Below, piece after piece: positions 1 through 18,662 of a stretch of DNA of 42,983 bases. Source of the DNA: Octopus bimaculoides (lineage: Eukaryota); the NCBI RefSeq assembly GCF_001194135.2, contig NC_068983.1, forward strand, positions 28,798,775 through 28,841,757. Reading direction: 5' to 3'. Numbering within the stretch: position 1 is the stretch's first letter; each line of letters opens with the position of its first letter. Below the pieces are notes generated by a model. The model saw nothing but the letters and a program-made list of their open reading frames with translations, had not been told where the DNA came from and made no database searches. A program made the translations under genes and the position numbers.

Positions 1-465
1 CTTTGAACTTTGGCTTAATTTTTTAAGAATGTAAGTCAATAGATATAACAAGTTAATGAGTTGTTTCTTTTACTATAATTATCATGTTTGTTTGTTTGTT
101 TGTTTGTTTGTTTTTGGGTTTTTTTATCTGAAAGATATTTGATCAATGAAAAATACTTCTCATTTGAAGAGAAAACAAATTAGACATATATTAAATAACA
201 TAGATCAATTAAATGTGAAACTGACAAAGTGTCCATGAGTTAATATCAACACAAAATGGCCTTTTATGACATAATTCATTATCTTAGCCGAGTATACTAT
301 TACTTACTTTATTACACTTTAATGCTTCCACCACCACTGCCACCGTCACCATCACTTTATTTTCTATCAATCAGAATCTCACTCTGAAGTAATAATGCTA
401 TGTAATAAATCATATAAATTACCCCNNNNNNNNNNCCCACCATACAGAATGTCTCTTAACATCAG

Positions 466-1000
466 CTGCACAGAACTTTTACATTTATCACTCTGGAGAT
501 AATAATACAGGTTAGAACTGCTGCCATTCTAATTTTGCTTGTTGATTGGATCAAATAAACCAATCAGTGAACTACACTCTAATAAGTCAGCTGATACAGT
601 GAAACTAAAAAAAGAAAAAAGAAGAAATAAGAGAAAGAAATGAAATAAAATAAAAAATCAAATAACGACGAAAGTTAAACTAATTTATAGGAGAAATAAA
701 TTAATCAATATGTCAGCTAATTATAGATGTAAAGCAATTTATGATTGAGTTCTTGGTTACTCGAGAAGTGATAGAGGTAAGTGATAGACAACTTTGAGAA
801 AATACAATTTTTAGTAGAAAGAAAATAGAGAGAAATCTTAAAATTACAAAAAAGTGACAGTAAAATGGTGACTGTGTAGATAAGAACAACTTAATTTTTA
901 AAAGTTGCAAAAATATAGGTTTTCACTTCAAGCTTTTGTAATGGCAGAATTAATTAAAAATCAATATTAAAGTGACTATTTTTCTTTTTCTTTCTTTCTT

Positions 1001-1038
<38 letters not shown>

Positions 1039-1061
1039 AGTGCAAAATTGTTAAGTACTAA
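466..1061 (+). CDS. Probable last three coding exons (466-510, 727-776, 1041-1061) of an unidentified gene; spliced peptide ...AQNFYIYHSGDNNTDVKQFMIEFLVTREVIECKIVKY*
   Basis: Acceptors aacatcag|, attatag| and (T)n-gcag|; donors cag|gttaga and gag|gtaagt. Phases join in frame (1/1, 0/0) to a TAA at 1059-1061. AATAAA at 1255-1260. Protein not recognised. Confidence 0.55.
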
Positions 1062-1720
1062 TATTTCACGATAAAAAACGAAAAAGAAAAAGAAAAATGA
1101 AATTCATAAAATTAAAATGGAATGTGATTTCTGATTTCTAAATCCGGTTATTGTAGCTATGTTTTGTATCAGATATTGATCTTGTTGAAATGAACTCTTT
1201 CCGAGTAGATATTTCATGATTGTCTGTCTACACAAGTCTATGTTTGTTATTTAAAATAAAAAGGATTAAAAAAAAAGGAGTAAGGATAGATTGTTTGTAA
1301 TCCACTTCTGGTCGTATCCCACTTCATGCCTGAAGCATTTTGGTTGCTCCTTTGACATGTTATTGCTGCTGTCCTAACTTGATACTGACCAAGTGCTGGC
1401 TCGCTCAGTCTTAATACTCACTTTTGCTAGCTAAGTAGATTGGAGCAGCAAGAAATACTGTGCTTCACCCAAATACATAATATGCCTCCCAGACTGAGAA
1501 CCAAACCCTTGACCTTATGATCAAGAGCCTAGTTTCCTAACCACTACGCTATAGGTTTTCTAATATCTAAAATAAAGAAAAAGTTTGGAACATAGATCTG
1601 AAAATTTCTTCTAGATATTGAACCATTAAATCAGTTTTTAGGTAAGCATATCTCTACATTGTATATAATTGAATCGAATTGTACTTGGGCATAACAATTT
1701 TAATGTTTAAAAAATGTCCC

Positions 1721-1772
1721 AAATTTTTGGCCACAACTGTAGATATAAATTTTTGGCCACAACTGTAGATAT
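1721..1772 (-). mobile_element. Tandemly duplicated Tc1/mariner-type terminal inverted repeat end (2 x 26 bp)
   Basis: aaatttttggccacaactgtagatat occurs at 1721-1746 and 1747-1772. The reverse complement reads TA|CAGTTGTGGCCAAAAA, a Tc1-like terminus. No partner end was found. Confidence 0.5.
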
Positions 1773-2178
1773 AAATTTAGAAATAGAAAATTGTAAGCTT
1801 TCGTGAAGACTAACAAGACAATGAAGTACTACTCCCAAGTCTAGGATGGGGTTGCTGCAACACACACAGACATCCACATCCTAGACAGCACTCATAGTAA
1901 GGCTACTTAATTGAGACAAAGTTGTTCACAGCCACTGGCCCATAGACATGCTACCTCCTATGTCCACTTTCTGTGCTAAAATTACCCTGGGCTCTAATCC
2001 TCAGAACTGACCTGGTCTCATAACTACCTCCAGTCAGGCACTCCAAACTCACATGAATTTTCACCTCTTGTTAACTATATTGTGTGAACCTACCTTCTCC
2101 CAGTCCCACACCCAGCATTCACCACTATACTCAGTTCTACCATCTCAAAATGTCAACCATCTGGAATTCCTCTCTTGT

Positions 2179-2358
2179 CACTAGTGTAGCTAGAGTTGGG
2201 GAGCAAAGCAGGCAGTCTGTCCCAGTCGCACTTTTATGGGGGCAGCACCACTTTTGGGTCTGCTGTAGGCAATATGCAATTTTTGTGGGGACCCAGGGGT
2301 GGGTAGGTGGCAAACTGAAAGGTTACCCTAGGGAGCACATATTCTATCTACGTTAGTG
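2179..2358. mobile_element. Decayed MITE-like element
   Basis: Imperfect 15-bp terminal inverted repeats (cactagtgtagctag / ctatctacgttagtg, 12/15) around a GC-richer core. No clear TSD. Confidence 0.35.
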
Positions 2359-3974
2359 TCCTTTGTGCATGTTTTATTTTTCCCTTCAGCTGTCAACTTG
2401 CGCTTATGCATTTATTTTGCAAGATTCTTGATGGGAAATTATGTGTTGAAATGGATATTGTAACATCAAGAAGAACATTAAGCATGTTGATCTCATTAGC
2501 CACAGAAGACCTGCAAAAGCCACAGGCACAATCCTCTTTCACCTTCCCAATCCAATAAACAAAAACTATAACAACTCAATGAATGTTATCATTAAATTCG
2601 ATATGACCAACAGCATAGTTAATCTATTGATAAACCAACATATTGTATTAAATCTATGGGAGGATTAATTGCAGGCATCCATACAAAACTCGGATGAAGA
2701 GACAATGGTAATGTGACTCTGATGACTTTAAGACATTGATAATGGTATGGTATATGTGGAACACCCACCATCCTCTTAACGCAAGTTCAAGTTGCAGTTA
2801 ATTGACAATGACAACGACAACGATAATGATGCCAATGATGATAACGATGATGATGATACAAAATATTTTTTACTAATACATTAACTAGCTTTATGAAAAC
2901 TATGTTCATCTATGAGCTGGAGGAAGGAATCATTCGACCATCATTGCAATTCCTCAGAGACAAGTGAGATTGGCCTCATAAATGTTTCTATAGAATATTT
3001 TTACATATTTGGACAATTATCCTTATCTTGGTTGTTATAGCAACAACATTACTGTCATTGAGTCATTTGGGCTTCTGCAAAGGCCTCTTGTATTTAGTAA
3101 CTATCTTGAAATTTAGAAATGAACCACTTCTTAAATCCATGGAGAAAAGTTGTTCTAATTTTGTTGACCATGCAAACCATATTCTACAATCAGTTAGTTT
3201 CCTATTTGTGATGTCAGTCAACTGTTCCACTTGAACCTAAGTGTATTGAGACTGACTAATCCAGAGATTGAACTCAAGACCAATAAGTACTGCTAGCATA
3301 TTTTACATTCAATCAAAGCATATATTTGCTATCCCATTGTTCCATAGAACAGTTAGGTAATGGAAATTGAGAGCTTTAAACCTAATTCTATGAACAGAGA
3401 CCTCAAAAACATCCTCCAACAGGGATATACCAACCTTGTCTTTTGAACAGTAAGAAAACACAGCCTCCATATCAGACTAAGAGAAAAGTCATTGAAAAGG
3501 TTGCAAATAGCAAGGAAAGAGCTTTGATAAAAAAAAAATAATAAAAAAAACTAACTGTTTTACCAAGTTAAGCAAACAATCAATAATTTAGCTGGATATT
3601 TAACCAACTGACTAATAAGAAAGGAGTGGAATTGAACCAGTGCATGTGTTATTAATATTGACATAATGACTCTCCTTAGACACAACAAAACACAAACATT
3701 TGTCTTTAACAAAAAAACATCATTATACCACACCCTGCTTAATCATGAGCGTTTCTTTTCCTAAATGTGTTCACTTAAAGAGGTCTCCTTCTTCCACAAC
3801 TTTTCTCCACTTTAAGTGATTGTGTATAATAATTTACTGGTGGTTATGAGTTCAGTCTTTGGGTCAGTTCATCTATGTATGCAGTGATTCAAACATTTAA
3901 AAAACATCACATGTAGGAAAATAACAAAAGACATGATTCTGATATGGACAACAGGCTTTAGCATGATCTGAGCT

Positions 3975-4281
3975 CATAATGTAAAGCTCTGGAAGAAATG
4001 CTGCTAAGCATTTAGCTCCATGTGTTAACGATTTTGCCAGCTCACCAATTCAATAATGATAATAATAATAATCCTTTCTACTAAAAACACAAGGCCTGAA
4101 ATTTGGGGGAAGGGGGCTAGCCAATTACATTGACCCCAGTGTTTCACTGGTACTTAATTTATCAACTTAATTTATGAAAAGATGGAAGGCAGAGTTGCCC
4201 GTGACTGAATTTGAACCTTGATGGGCGAAATACTGCTAAGCATTTCATCCAGTATGCTAATAATTCTGCCAGATTGTCACC

Positions 4282-4314
<33 letters not shown>

Positions 4315-5335
4315 CTGATGATGATGATAATCCTTTCTACTATAGACACAAGACCTGAAATTTGAGGAGGAGGGGACTAGTTGATTGCATCAACCCCAAT
4401 GCTTGACCAGTACTTTTTTCATTGACCTCAAAAGGATGAAAGGCAAGGTCAACCGCAGCAGAATTTGAACTCAAAACGTGATGACAGCTGAAATTCCATT
4501 AAGCATTTCAAACGGCATGCTAATGATTTTGACAGCTCACCACCTTCTTAATGATAATAATAATAATAATAATAATAAATAATAATAATGCAGTACAAGG
4601 CAGTGGCTCTCATGGCTTCTGATCCTAACTGATTTGAAGTGTTATCATGTACATTTGTTTTGTCTTGGTATAAGAGATGGACTACAGTAAATATTCTACT
4701 CAATACCACAGATTTGCTTGTAAGTTGCTTGACCTTAACCAGTGGCTGACAATATGTGCATCTCTGATCATGAGCAGAAAAGTGAGGGAGCATCATAGCC
4801 ATGTGTTGAGCAGAATCCCTTGGAGTTTAAATCATTCACCTCTGGAAACATGAGTGTTTTGTTCATCCTACTTAAAACAACCCTTATTCAGGAAATTTTT
4901 CAGTAGGATGGGTTACTCAACCTGAAGAAAATTCTAACTGGGCTCCACCTGCAAGGTCATGAACTGTTTATCTTGTTATATTAGATCACCATATTGTGCA
5001 CATGTGGTTGTGATGCATGTGCCGGGTAGTCATGATGGGTATATTGGGCATCATATAATTGTACCCCAGTGTCACTTTGATGGCATGTGCTGCTCTCTCA
5101 CTCAATAATAATAATAATAATAATCCTTTCTATGATAGGACAAGGCCTGAAACTTTGGGGAGGGGGATAGTCGATTATATTGACTGCAGTGTGTAACTGG
5201 TACTTATTTCATCAACCCTGGAAGGATGAAAAGCAAAGTCAACCTCAGCAGAATCTGAATTCTGAATGTAAGGACAAACAAAATACCACTAAGCATTTTG
5301 CTCGGTGTGCTAATAAGTCTGCCAGCTCACTGCTT
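3975..5335 (-). mobile_element. Cluster of tRNA-derived SINE 'family B' copies with (TTA)n tail (full copies about 4072-4282, 4331-4545, 5124-5335; partial head 3975-4045)
   Basis: Three mutually alignable copies: head ..gctggcaga..ttagca..aaatgcttag..gttcaaattc, body ttgcctttcatcc..ggggtc(a/g)at, tail ..aaatttcaggcc(t)tgt..agaaagga followed by (TTA)n. All are in the same orientation. Confidence 0.8.
4591..5103 (+). mobile_element. Interspersed repeat resembling a LINE 3' UTR, embedded in a (TAA)n tract
   Basis: About 510 bp of non-coding sequence flanked by (TAA)n on both sides and ending ctctcactc-(aat)n. I recall it as a recurrent octopus repeat; the family is not assigned. Confidence 0.5.
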
Positions 5336-5336
5336 C

Positions 5337-5562
<226 letters not shown>

Positions 5563-5904
5563 GGCAAAGAACAGTGTAGTAAGAGCAGCAAACTTCTAGA
5601 TACACAAGCTCTATTATAATAAGATTATAACATATAACTGTATTTAACGGAAGTTCATTGAAATGAAAATATCAAAGAAGCCTACAGACATTGTAATCAT
5701 CGTTAATTTCTAATTGCCAACACAATGTAAATACAAAGTTCAATCTTGTGATTGTTAAAAGTCAAGATGTCTTTTTGCTTCAAGATAGTTGCTACGCTTC
5801 TTTAGTTCACAGATCGAGTTAAATGTCAACTGTCTTGATGAAAATGTTCATATTTAAAGTAAGCCTTGTACAAACATAGCTGTAAACAAAACAATATATA
5901 AATA

Positions 5905-6886
5905 CATTGGTATTGCTGGCACCGCGAGTGTCGCGTTGCTCTCAAGCAACTCTGCCGTCCGGGACCAATCTTGTGCAACTTTGATTCCACAAAAGCGTTC
6001 TATAGAGGATTAGTGGAGGGGAGGTGCGACGACGATCTTGGGCAGAATCTGGGCATCGACGAGGAACACCTGNNNNNNNNNNNNNNNNNNNNNNNNNNNN
6101 NNNNNNNNNNNNNNNNNNNNNNNNNNNNNNNNNNNNNNNNNNNNNNNNNNNNNNNNNNNNNNNNNNNNNNNNNNNNNNNNNNNNNNNNNNNNNNNNNNNN
6201 NNNNNNNNNNNNNNNNNNNNNNNNNNNNNNNNNNNNNNNNNNNNNNNNNNNNNNNNNNNNNNNNNNNNNNNNNNNNNNNNNNNNNNNNNNNNNNNNNNNN
6301 NNNNNNNNNNNNNNNNNNNNNNNNNNNNNNNNNNNNNNNNNNNNNNNNNNNNNNNNNNNNNNNNNNNNNNNNNNNNNNNNNNNNNNNNNNNNNNNNNNNN
6401 NNNNNNNNNNNNNNNNNNNNNNNNNNNNNNNNNNNNNNNNNNNNNNNNNNNNNNNNNNNNNNNNNNNNNNNNNNNNNNNNNNNNNNNNNNNNNNNNNNNN
6501 NNNNNNNNNNNNNNNNNNNNNNNNNNNNNNNNNNNNNNNNNNNNNNNNNNNNNNNNNNNNNNNNNNNNNNNNNNNNNNNNGATGGTGCGTGCGAGTGACG
6601 ATACCTCTTTGAGCATGATCCTATAAATCGAAAAAAAAAAAAGGAAAAAAAAAGAGAGAGAGAGAGAGAGCACTTCGCTCTCATGTGTCTATTCCCTGCT
6701 GAGGTTACCATGGTCTTTTCCGTAGGCTTTTCTCTCCATGGATAAACCTAATGTTACCCCATTTTACACAATTGACATTTTCTGTGATATACGATACCCC
6801 CATTTTTTTTTTTTTTTCTTAAAGAAAAGCTCTACAGTTGTATTTGTCCCCTCTGTGTGCAGCCCTGTGTGGCTAATAAAAGAAAG
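5905..6886 (+). mobile_element. 3' fragment of an L1/Tx1-clade LINE (ORF2 C-terminus plus 3' UTR), interrupted by the gap at 6073-6580
   Basis: CpG-rich frame WHRECRVALKQLCRPG..TKAFYRGLVEGRCDDDLGQNLGIDEEHL before the gap and MVRASDDTSLSMIL* after it, then a UTR ending ..gcagccctgtgtggctaataaaagaaa. Matches my recollection of octopus Tx1-like ORF2 ends; not database-verified. Confidence 0.6.
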
Positions 6887-7037
6887 TTATCTTATGGTCT
6901 TGCCAACTAAGTAAGATGTGCTTTCTGATGAGGCCTAATAAGACTGGAATATGTCTGCTTTCATTAGATATAAAATTGACTTTATCTGCATTATCTATAT
7001 TATATAAAAATTTCAATCAACACATCTTATTAGAGTT

Positions 7038-7312
7038 ACTCTTTTACTTGTTTCAGTCATTTGACTGTGGCCATGCTGGAGCACCGCCTTTAGTTGAAGA
7101 AATCGACCCCAGGTCTTATTCTTTGTAAGCGTAGTACTTATTCTATCGGTCTCTTTTTGCCGAACAGCTAAGTTACGGGGATGTAAACACACCCGCATCA
7201 GTTGTCAAGCGATGTTGGGGAACAAACACAAACACACACACACACACACACACANNNNNNNNNNNNNNNNNNNNNNNNNNNNNNNNNNNNNNNNNNNNNN
7301 NNNNNNNNNNNN

Positions 7313-7345
<33 letters not shown>

Positions 7346-7445
7346 TTTCAGGGTATAGTAGAAGACACTTGTCCAAGGTGCCATGCAGTGGGACTGAACC
7401 TGGAAACGTGGTTGGTAAGCAAGCTACTTACCACACAGCCACATA
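7038..7445 (-). mobile_element. tRNA-derived SINE 'family A' with internal (TA)/(CA) microsatellite
   Basis: Head ggctgtgtggtaagtagcttgcttaccaaccac..ggttcagtcccactgc (A/B box-like), central microsatellite, tail ..ggtgctccagcatggccacagtcaaatgactgaaacaagtaaaaga. Aligns to copies at 11.6, 13.3, 26.3 and 39.4 kb. Confidence 0.85.
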
Positions 7446-8129
7446 TACAAATATATATAAACAATGGACTTTTTTCAGTTCCTGTCTACTAAATCCATTC
7501 AGAAGACTTGGGTTGGCCTGAGGTCATAGTCGATGATACTGGCTCTAGCTGCCAAAACGATATTGAACTCAAAACGACATTGTTAGGAGTGAAAGGGTTT
7601 CTGTTGACCAAACTCTACTCACAAGGCATTTATCAACTCAAGGTATTTTTGGGAACATAAGACATTTGCACGATGTGCTGCTCAGTGGGATGAAATCTGG
7701 AACTATATGGTTGCAGAGCAAACTTCTTAACCACAGAGCCATGCATGTTTCTGTTTCTATGGACATTTAGTTTTACTGTGAAGGAATAATAAGTTTGCAA
7801 ACTCCAAATTAAAGATGGAACCTTCACACTATGTTAATGATACAATCTCAATCATGTAGTAAAATAGTTATTAATAAAAAAAAAGTTCCTATCATCACTT
7901 ATATTAATTTAATATTGGTATATTAATGCCAGTAGGACAATCTTTTACTTTATGAAGATTTAAAATATTTAATTGATAAGATCCCTGTCAATTTTCTTCT
8001 GGTAGGGGATTGATGGATCTAATCTGTTGCTTGGTCTAGCAATATCACCAGAACCATGGGTGAATGCCCTTCTTCAGGTCTGTACACTGCTCAGTTTGAG
8101 GGCTTTTATCTTGTGGGTACTCAGCAACA

Positions 8130-8325
8130 TAACCAGTGCTGGTGCCACATAAAAAGCACTCAGTATATTCTGTTAAATGGTTGGTATTAGGAAAGGAACC
8201 CAGCTGTAGAACGCATGTCAAAGCAGACATAGAATCTGGTGGAGCCCTCTGTCCAATCCATGCCAGCATGGAAAAAAAGGATGTTAGATAATGATGATGA
8301 TGATGACGACAATGACGACGATGAG
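8130..8325 (+). mobile_element. Decayed 3' end of an RTE-type LINE or its SINE derivative, with (GAT)n tail
   Basis: ..ttaggaaaggaacccagctgtagaa..tccaatccatgccagcatggaaaa..gatgttagataatgatgatgatg, homologous to 20679-20925 and 38996-39300. Confidence 0.7.
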
Positions 8326-9385
8326 TTTGTTTCAAGTATTAATGTCAGATCTCTGATCTAGTGATAACTTGATATCCTGGTATACAGCTTTCTACTTCAG
8401 CAGTCTTATGACTCATTGATTCTCCACCACCACTACAACCATCACCACCACAACCACATCCACCACCAGTCTCAGAGGCCCTTGCATAAAAACATCATGG
8501 GCACTGCCCTACCTCCTTCTATAGAACCTAAAAGAAAAATTCACTCAACCATAAAATCAATTACTATCAGTAGACACATTAATGTAATTACTATTTATAA
8601 TAATTACTATTTCATACAATTACTATTCTCCCAAAATTCTAAGTCAGCATAATAATTATATTACAATTTTATACAGAAAAATGTAATTCAACAATTATTT
8701 GATTTTCATTAATTCTAAAACTCTGTGAAAATTCTTTATCCTTCTAAATACAAAAACGAGATTCTAAAAGACCAGCCAACCAACACACTGTTTCTGTTGT
8801 TGTTTTTTTCTCTAATTGTGATAAACAATAGAATTGTGTCATACTTAAATATTCAGTTAATAAGTATTAAGTTGTTTTTTTTTTAAATAATTAAATGGAA
8901 TTGTTCAGCTCCCCTTCAACAATGCAATTTATCTGCAGACAAAGAAACAAAATGGAAAAACAAAACAAAAAACTAACAAGCTTTATGTTCTAATTAATTA
9001 TTCAGAAACAAAAGAGTCTTGAATATCTGTCAGACGGTTGTCATTTTTGTTCTTAAATCACCTGAGGTCGTTTTCAATATGTATCCTATCACAACAGAAA
9101 TATACTGAATATTAAGTTTACGTAATCATAATGGAAGCTAAAGAAATATTTTGCAGTTCTTCTTTTAGATAAACTGTGTCTGTGTACACATGTACTTACG
9201 TGAAGTAACACACATGCATTTTAAGCTATCACTATTTGAAACATAACAGTAATGCAAACTAATTTTATGTTAAGTCAATAAGATAACAAACGAGCATCTT
9301 CATGATTGTACAGTCTACTAAAAATAGCAGCCAAATTTCTCTCAAAATCACTCTATCATCAAAAGGGAAAAGGATACAATTAGAT

Positions 9386-9677
9386 CAGTGCTACTCAAAG
9401 TGGTGCTCCACGGACCGGTGCCGGTCTGTGAGCCATCAGCTGCCGGTACACGGCAAGTTTGCAGAAAAGAAACATTATAAAATGCTTATGTAACATCATA
9501 TTATTTGTTTATAATATAAATATATGATAAAAAAAAAAATTGTCAACTTTTATTGTATTCATTATATATATATATTGTTTCTGGTATAAATTAATATTAC
9601 TAAGAAACATTACCGATCCCTGACACATTGGGAAAAAAACTGCAGGTACGCCACATCAGATAGTTTGAGAAGCACTG
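9386..9677. mobile_element. hAT-superfamily MITE
   Basis: TIRs cagtgctactcaaagt / agtttgagaagcactg; 8-bp TSD aattagat (9378-9385) / cattagat (9678-9685). Confidence 0.8.
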
Positions 9678-10203
9678 CATTAGATAATGTAGTCCTAGGC
9701 AGCTTTATAAAGATGAGATTGATATGGCTGAAATACCTTTGATCATAAATCTGCTAGATCAAGGCTTTACCAGGGGTTAAAAAAACAACAACAACTGGCT
9801 TTTGTTGTGAAGAGCTTCTTGGAGATTATATCCTCAAAAGACCCTGAAGTCAAGGTTTTATTATTGAGATTTTATGAATCAATAGCATTTTACATTGTGG
9901 AAGAGGTATTTAATAATGCACAAAGCTGTTAAATTCACTTTAAATTTAAATTTATTTCACAGAGTGCCAGATTTGTGTGTTATTAAATGGCTTTTCCATG
10001 ATGTAATCACTTCAGTTTCAACACTTAGTCTCTGTACAATTCCCAAATATCATTTTGATTTAAATTTAGTTTTGGGTTTCTTTATTAATGGAATGGCATT
10101 CTTAAGCATATTAGTTAAAAATTTCCCTCCCATATGTATATATGATATCATGGATCTATAACATATATATACAATGTGCGTGTGTGTGTATTTGTATGCA
10201 TAT

Positions 10204-10247
<44 letters not shown>

Positions 10248-10253
<6 letters not shown>

Positions 10254-11440
10254 GGAGAGTCTAAATTTATATGCACTCTTGTTTTTTCAATGTATTTATA
10301 CAAAATCAGGGGATAAACAAGTACGTCATTTTTCTATATAGTTTCCTTCCTTTTTGACGTACTTGGTCGAGTGGTCCACAAGCTTGCATATCTCCTCCAA
10401 GAAGAAGGTTTCCATTTGGTCATGCAACCATTTATGCACCACTTCCTTCACATCTTCATCCATAAGAAATCAACAACCTCCCTCGTAAACCACCTTTGAG
10501 CAGTTTAAAGATATGATAGTTGGAAGGGGGTGAGATCTGAGCTGTAGGCAAAGTGTTCCAGCACCTCAAAACCCAATTGGTTAATGGTTCCAATTTTCAG
10601 GGCGGCCATGCGTGAGCATGTATTGTCCTCCAACAACAAAACTTTCTTTGACAATAGGCTTCTGTATTTGGTGCAAATTGCTTAGCTTCAGTTTTTTGGC
10701 CAGCAAAGCATTGTATCTTGCACTGTTGATCGTACACCTCTTTTCCAGATAGTCTTCCATTATAGACCCTTTTGAGTTCCAAAATAGGGTTAGTATCACC
10801 TTCCCTGTAGAAGACTGAGTCTTGAATTTCTTCATCTCTGGCGAGCCACGATGTTTCTAGTCCATGCTCTGTTTTGGGGATTTTGCTTCATAATGATAGA
10901 CTTACATTTCATCTCCTATGCCTATCCTGCTCAAAACTTCCTCACCCTCCTGGTTATAGTGATCAAATAAATATTGACAGACCTCAAGGCATTTGCACTT
11001 GTGCTCTGCAGTAAGCTCTCTTGGCACCCATCTTGCACAGACTTTATGGAAGGCAAGGTCGTGGATGATTTAATAAGCAGAACCATGACTAATCTGCAGA
11101 GAACAAGCTACCTCATTGATGATAACTCACCAGTTCACTATCACCATCTCTCGAGCTTGCTGAATCTTCTTGTCAGTGGTTGAAGTTGACGGGCGTCCTG
11201 CTCCCTCTTAGTGCATCACACTTGTCTGGCCATTTTTAAACATCTTGATCCACTCATACACACTTCAACACTGTAGTGGACTGTCCCCATATTGTGCTAA
11301 ATGCCTACAATGAATTTCAGCACCTGACACACCTTCCAATCAGAGAAATAGGACCACTGTTCTTTGTTCTTTTTTGGTGCACATTGCTAGTGGAGTGGGC
11401 ATGCTTACACCCTAAAGCCAGAAATAAAAATGTCATGATA
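10248..11440 (-). mobile_element. Near full-length decayed mariner (Tc1/mariner) transposon
   Basis: Transposase remnant 11402 to 10326; inserted next to a (TA)n tract. Element ends are approximate. Confidence 0.85.
10326..11402 (-). pseudogene. Mariner transposase pseudogene (multiple stops and frameshifts)
   Basis: Motifs VCARWVPRELT, IGDEM*VYHY (first D), STGKVILTLFWNSKG..EDYLEK, VLLLEDN (second D; HDN to EDN) and GFEVLEHFAYSSDL (YSPDL-like). Confidence 0.9.
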
Positions 11441-11639
11441 TATATATATATGACATATATCACTGAAAGAAAATATAAAAGATATATATATAAATGTGGT
11501 ATATGTCAATATATATATATATATCCTAGTGATACCCTAGTTTTTGTGTGATTTTTGCTACCCATGGTAACTATTAACATATTTACATTGTCAAAGTTTT
11601 TTCAACCGAGATAATATTAATATATATATATATAAATCT

Positions 11640-12050
11640 TTTATTTTTTCTTTCAGTCATTAGACTGCAGCCTTGCTAGAGCATCAACATGAAGAATTTT
11701 TAGTCAAACAAATCAACCTCAGTACCTTTTTTTTTAAGCCTGATACATATTTTATCAGTCTGTTTTGCACAACTGCTAAGTTATAGGGATGTAAACACAC
11801 GAACACCAGTTGTCAAGTGGAGGTGGGGACAAACACAGATGCAGACAAACACACACACAGACACACGCATATACACACTCACACACATATATATGACAGG
11901 CTTCTTTCAGTTTCCGTCTACTATATCCACTCACGAAGCTTTGGTCAGCCTGAGGCTGAAATAGAAGACACTTGTCCCAGGTGCCATGCAGTGAGACTGA
12001 ACTCAGAACCCTGTGAATGGAAAACAAACTTCTTACCATACATTCACACC
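11640..12050 (-). mobile_element. SINE family A copy
   Basis: Aligns with 7038-7445 including the internal CA/TA microsatellite. Confidence 0.8.
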
Positions 12051-12075
12051 TGCGTGTATATATATATATGCGTAT

Positions 12076-12112
<37 letters not shown>

Positions 12113-12139
12113 CAAACACACATCATATATATATATATA

Positions 12140-12172
<33 letters not shown>

Positions 12173-12312
12173 GATGTGTGTGTGTTTGTATGTGTGTATA
12201 TATTTATCACATATACAATACAGCAATTTTGCTGTGCTCTGAGGACCCTAGCATTTCGACTGGGGCTGCCCAACTTGTATTTTGCTATTACTTCGTGATC
12301 AATGTTTTATCT

Positions 12313-17621
<5,309 letters not shown>

Positions 17622-18662
17622 CTATCCAGAAATAGGTAATGTGATCTTGCTTGACATGTTTAAGGTGAAGAATAGAGAAAATTGAAATAAATGAACACTG
17701 ATAAATCACATTGTGAAATTCTCCAATCTGTTATCAAAATTCAGCTAAAGCTCTAATTTGCAACAGAATATAGAGAGAAGATAGAAAAGATCATTGAAGA
17801 AAGACAATGACCTGGAGTCAGAACTACTGTGATAATTTCATACTGTTTTCTGAGTTTCTATAGATAACATACTTGGTGTATTTAAAAATAGTTCTGTGTA
17901 AGAGGCTATCTTACATTAACTAAAGATTCCTGATTAAAAGAAAACAAAGAGTAAATGTAAAAATATTCAAGTAAAAGAAAGCAAAGATTTACAAATATTT
18001 ATCTTTTGTTATTGTCAAATAGCTTTTTCATTAACTTATATTCTTTAATCAAGTGCAATTATTCCCTGAGAAATTAGGGAAAACAACTTCAGTTGGAAAC
18101 ATAGCCAGAATAGTTAGCTTATTTGTTTGTTCATCAAATATCTATGTATTTTTTTTCTTCCGAGATAACATGGTTGGGATTGGAACTTATTTGAGGTAGG
18201 ATTTTATGACTGGATGCTCTTCCTGCCGTTAATCCTGTTTTTCAGGTACAGGAAATTTTATTCCACAAGTCTTTGGAAGCACAGAGTGACTAGTAATAAT
18301 GTCAACAATGAATGGCAATATCCGCACGGCTTCACTCAGGCAGTGACAAACAAATGAAACCTTGGAATATCAATATTTGCAGACATGCACAAATAAACAC
18401 ACATACACCATCTTACAGACAGGCTTCTATACCCTTTCTGCCTACCAAATTCACTCACAAGGCTAAATTAGTTGGTTGAGGGCTATGGAACAAGATACCT
18501 GTTCAAAGTATCATGCACAGGGCCTGAACTCAAAACCATGTGGATCTGAAGTAAAATTCTTGATCACAAAACCATGCCTGCACAACTTAAAATCTCTCTC
18601 AGACCTGGAACTCTGTGTCTAACTTTACCCTCTGCCTGGGGCTCCTGAGCAAAAATATACAT

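Noticed and set aside
2389-3234. Protein-like frames at 2389-2556 (+) and about 3236-3063 (-)
   Set aside because: Each has an acceptor but cannot be linked convincingly to neighbouring exons; insufficient support.
5942-6711. Five 186-243 aa ORFs
   Set aside because: Length comes from the 508-nt N gap; only the + frame flanks are meaningful, as a LINE remnant.
11776-12298. Overlapping YI/VC/HT-repeat ORFs
   Set aside because: Dinucleotide microsatellites inside or next to a SINE.
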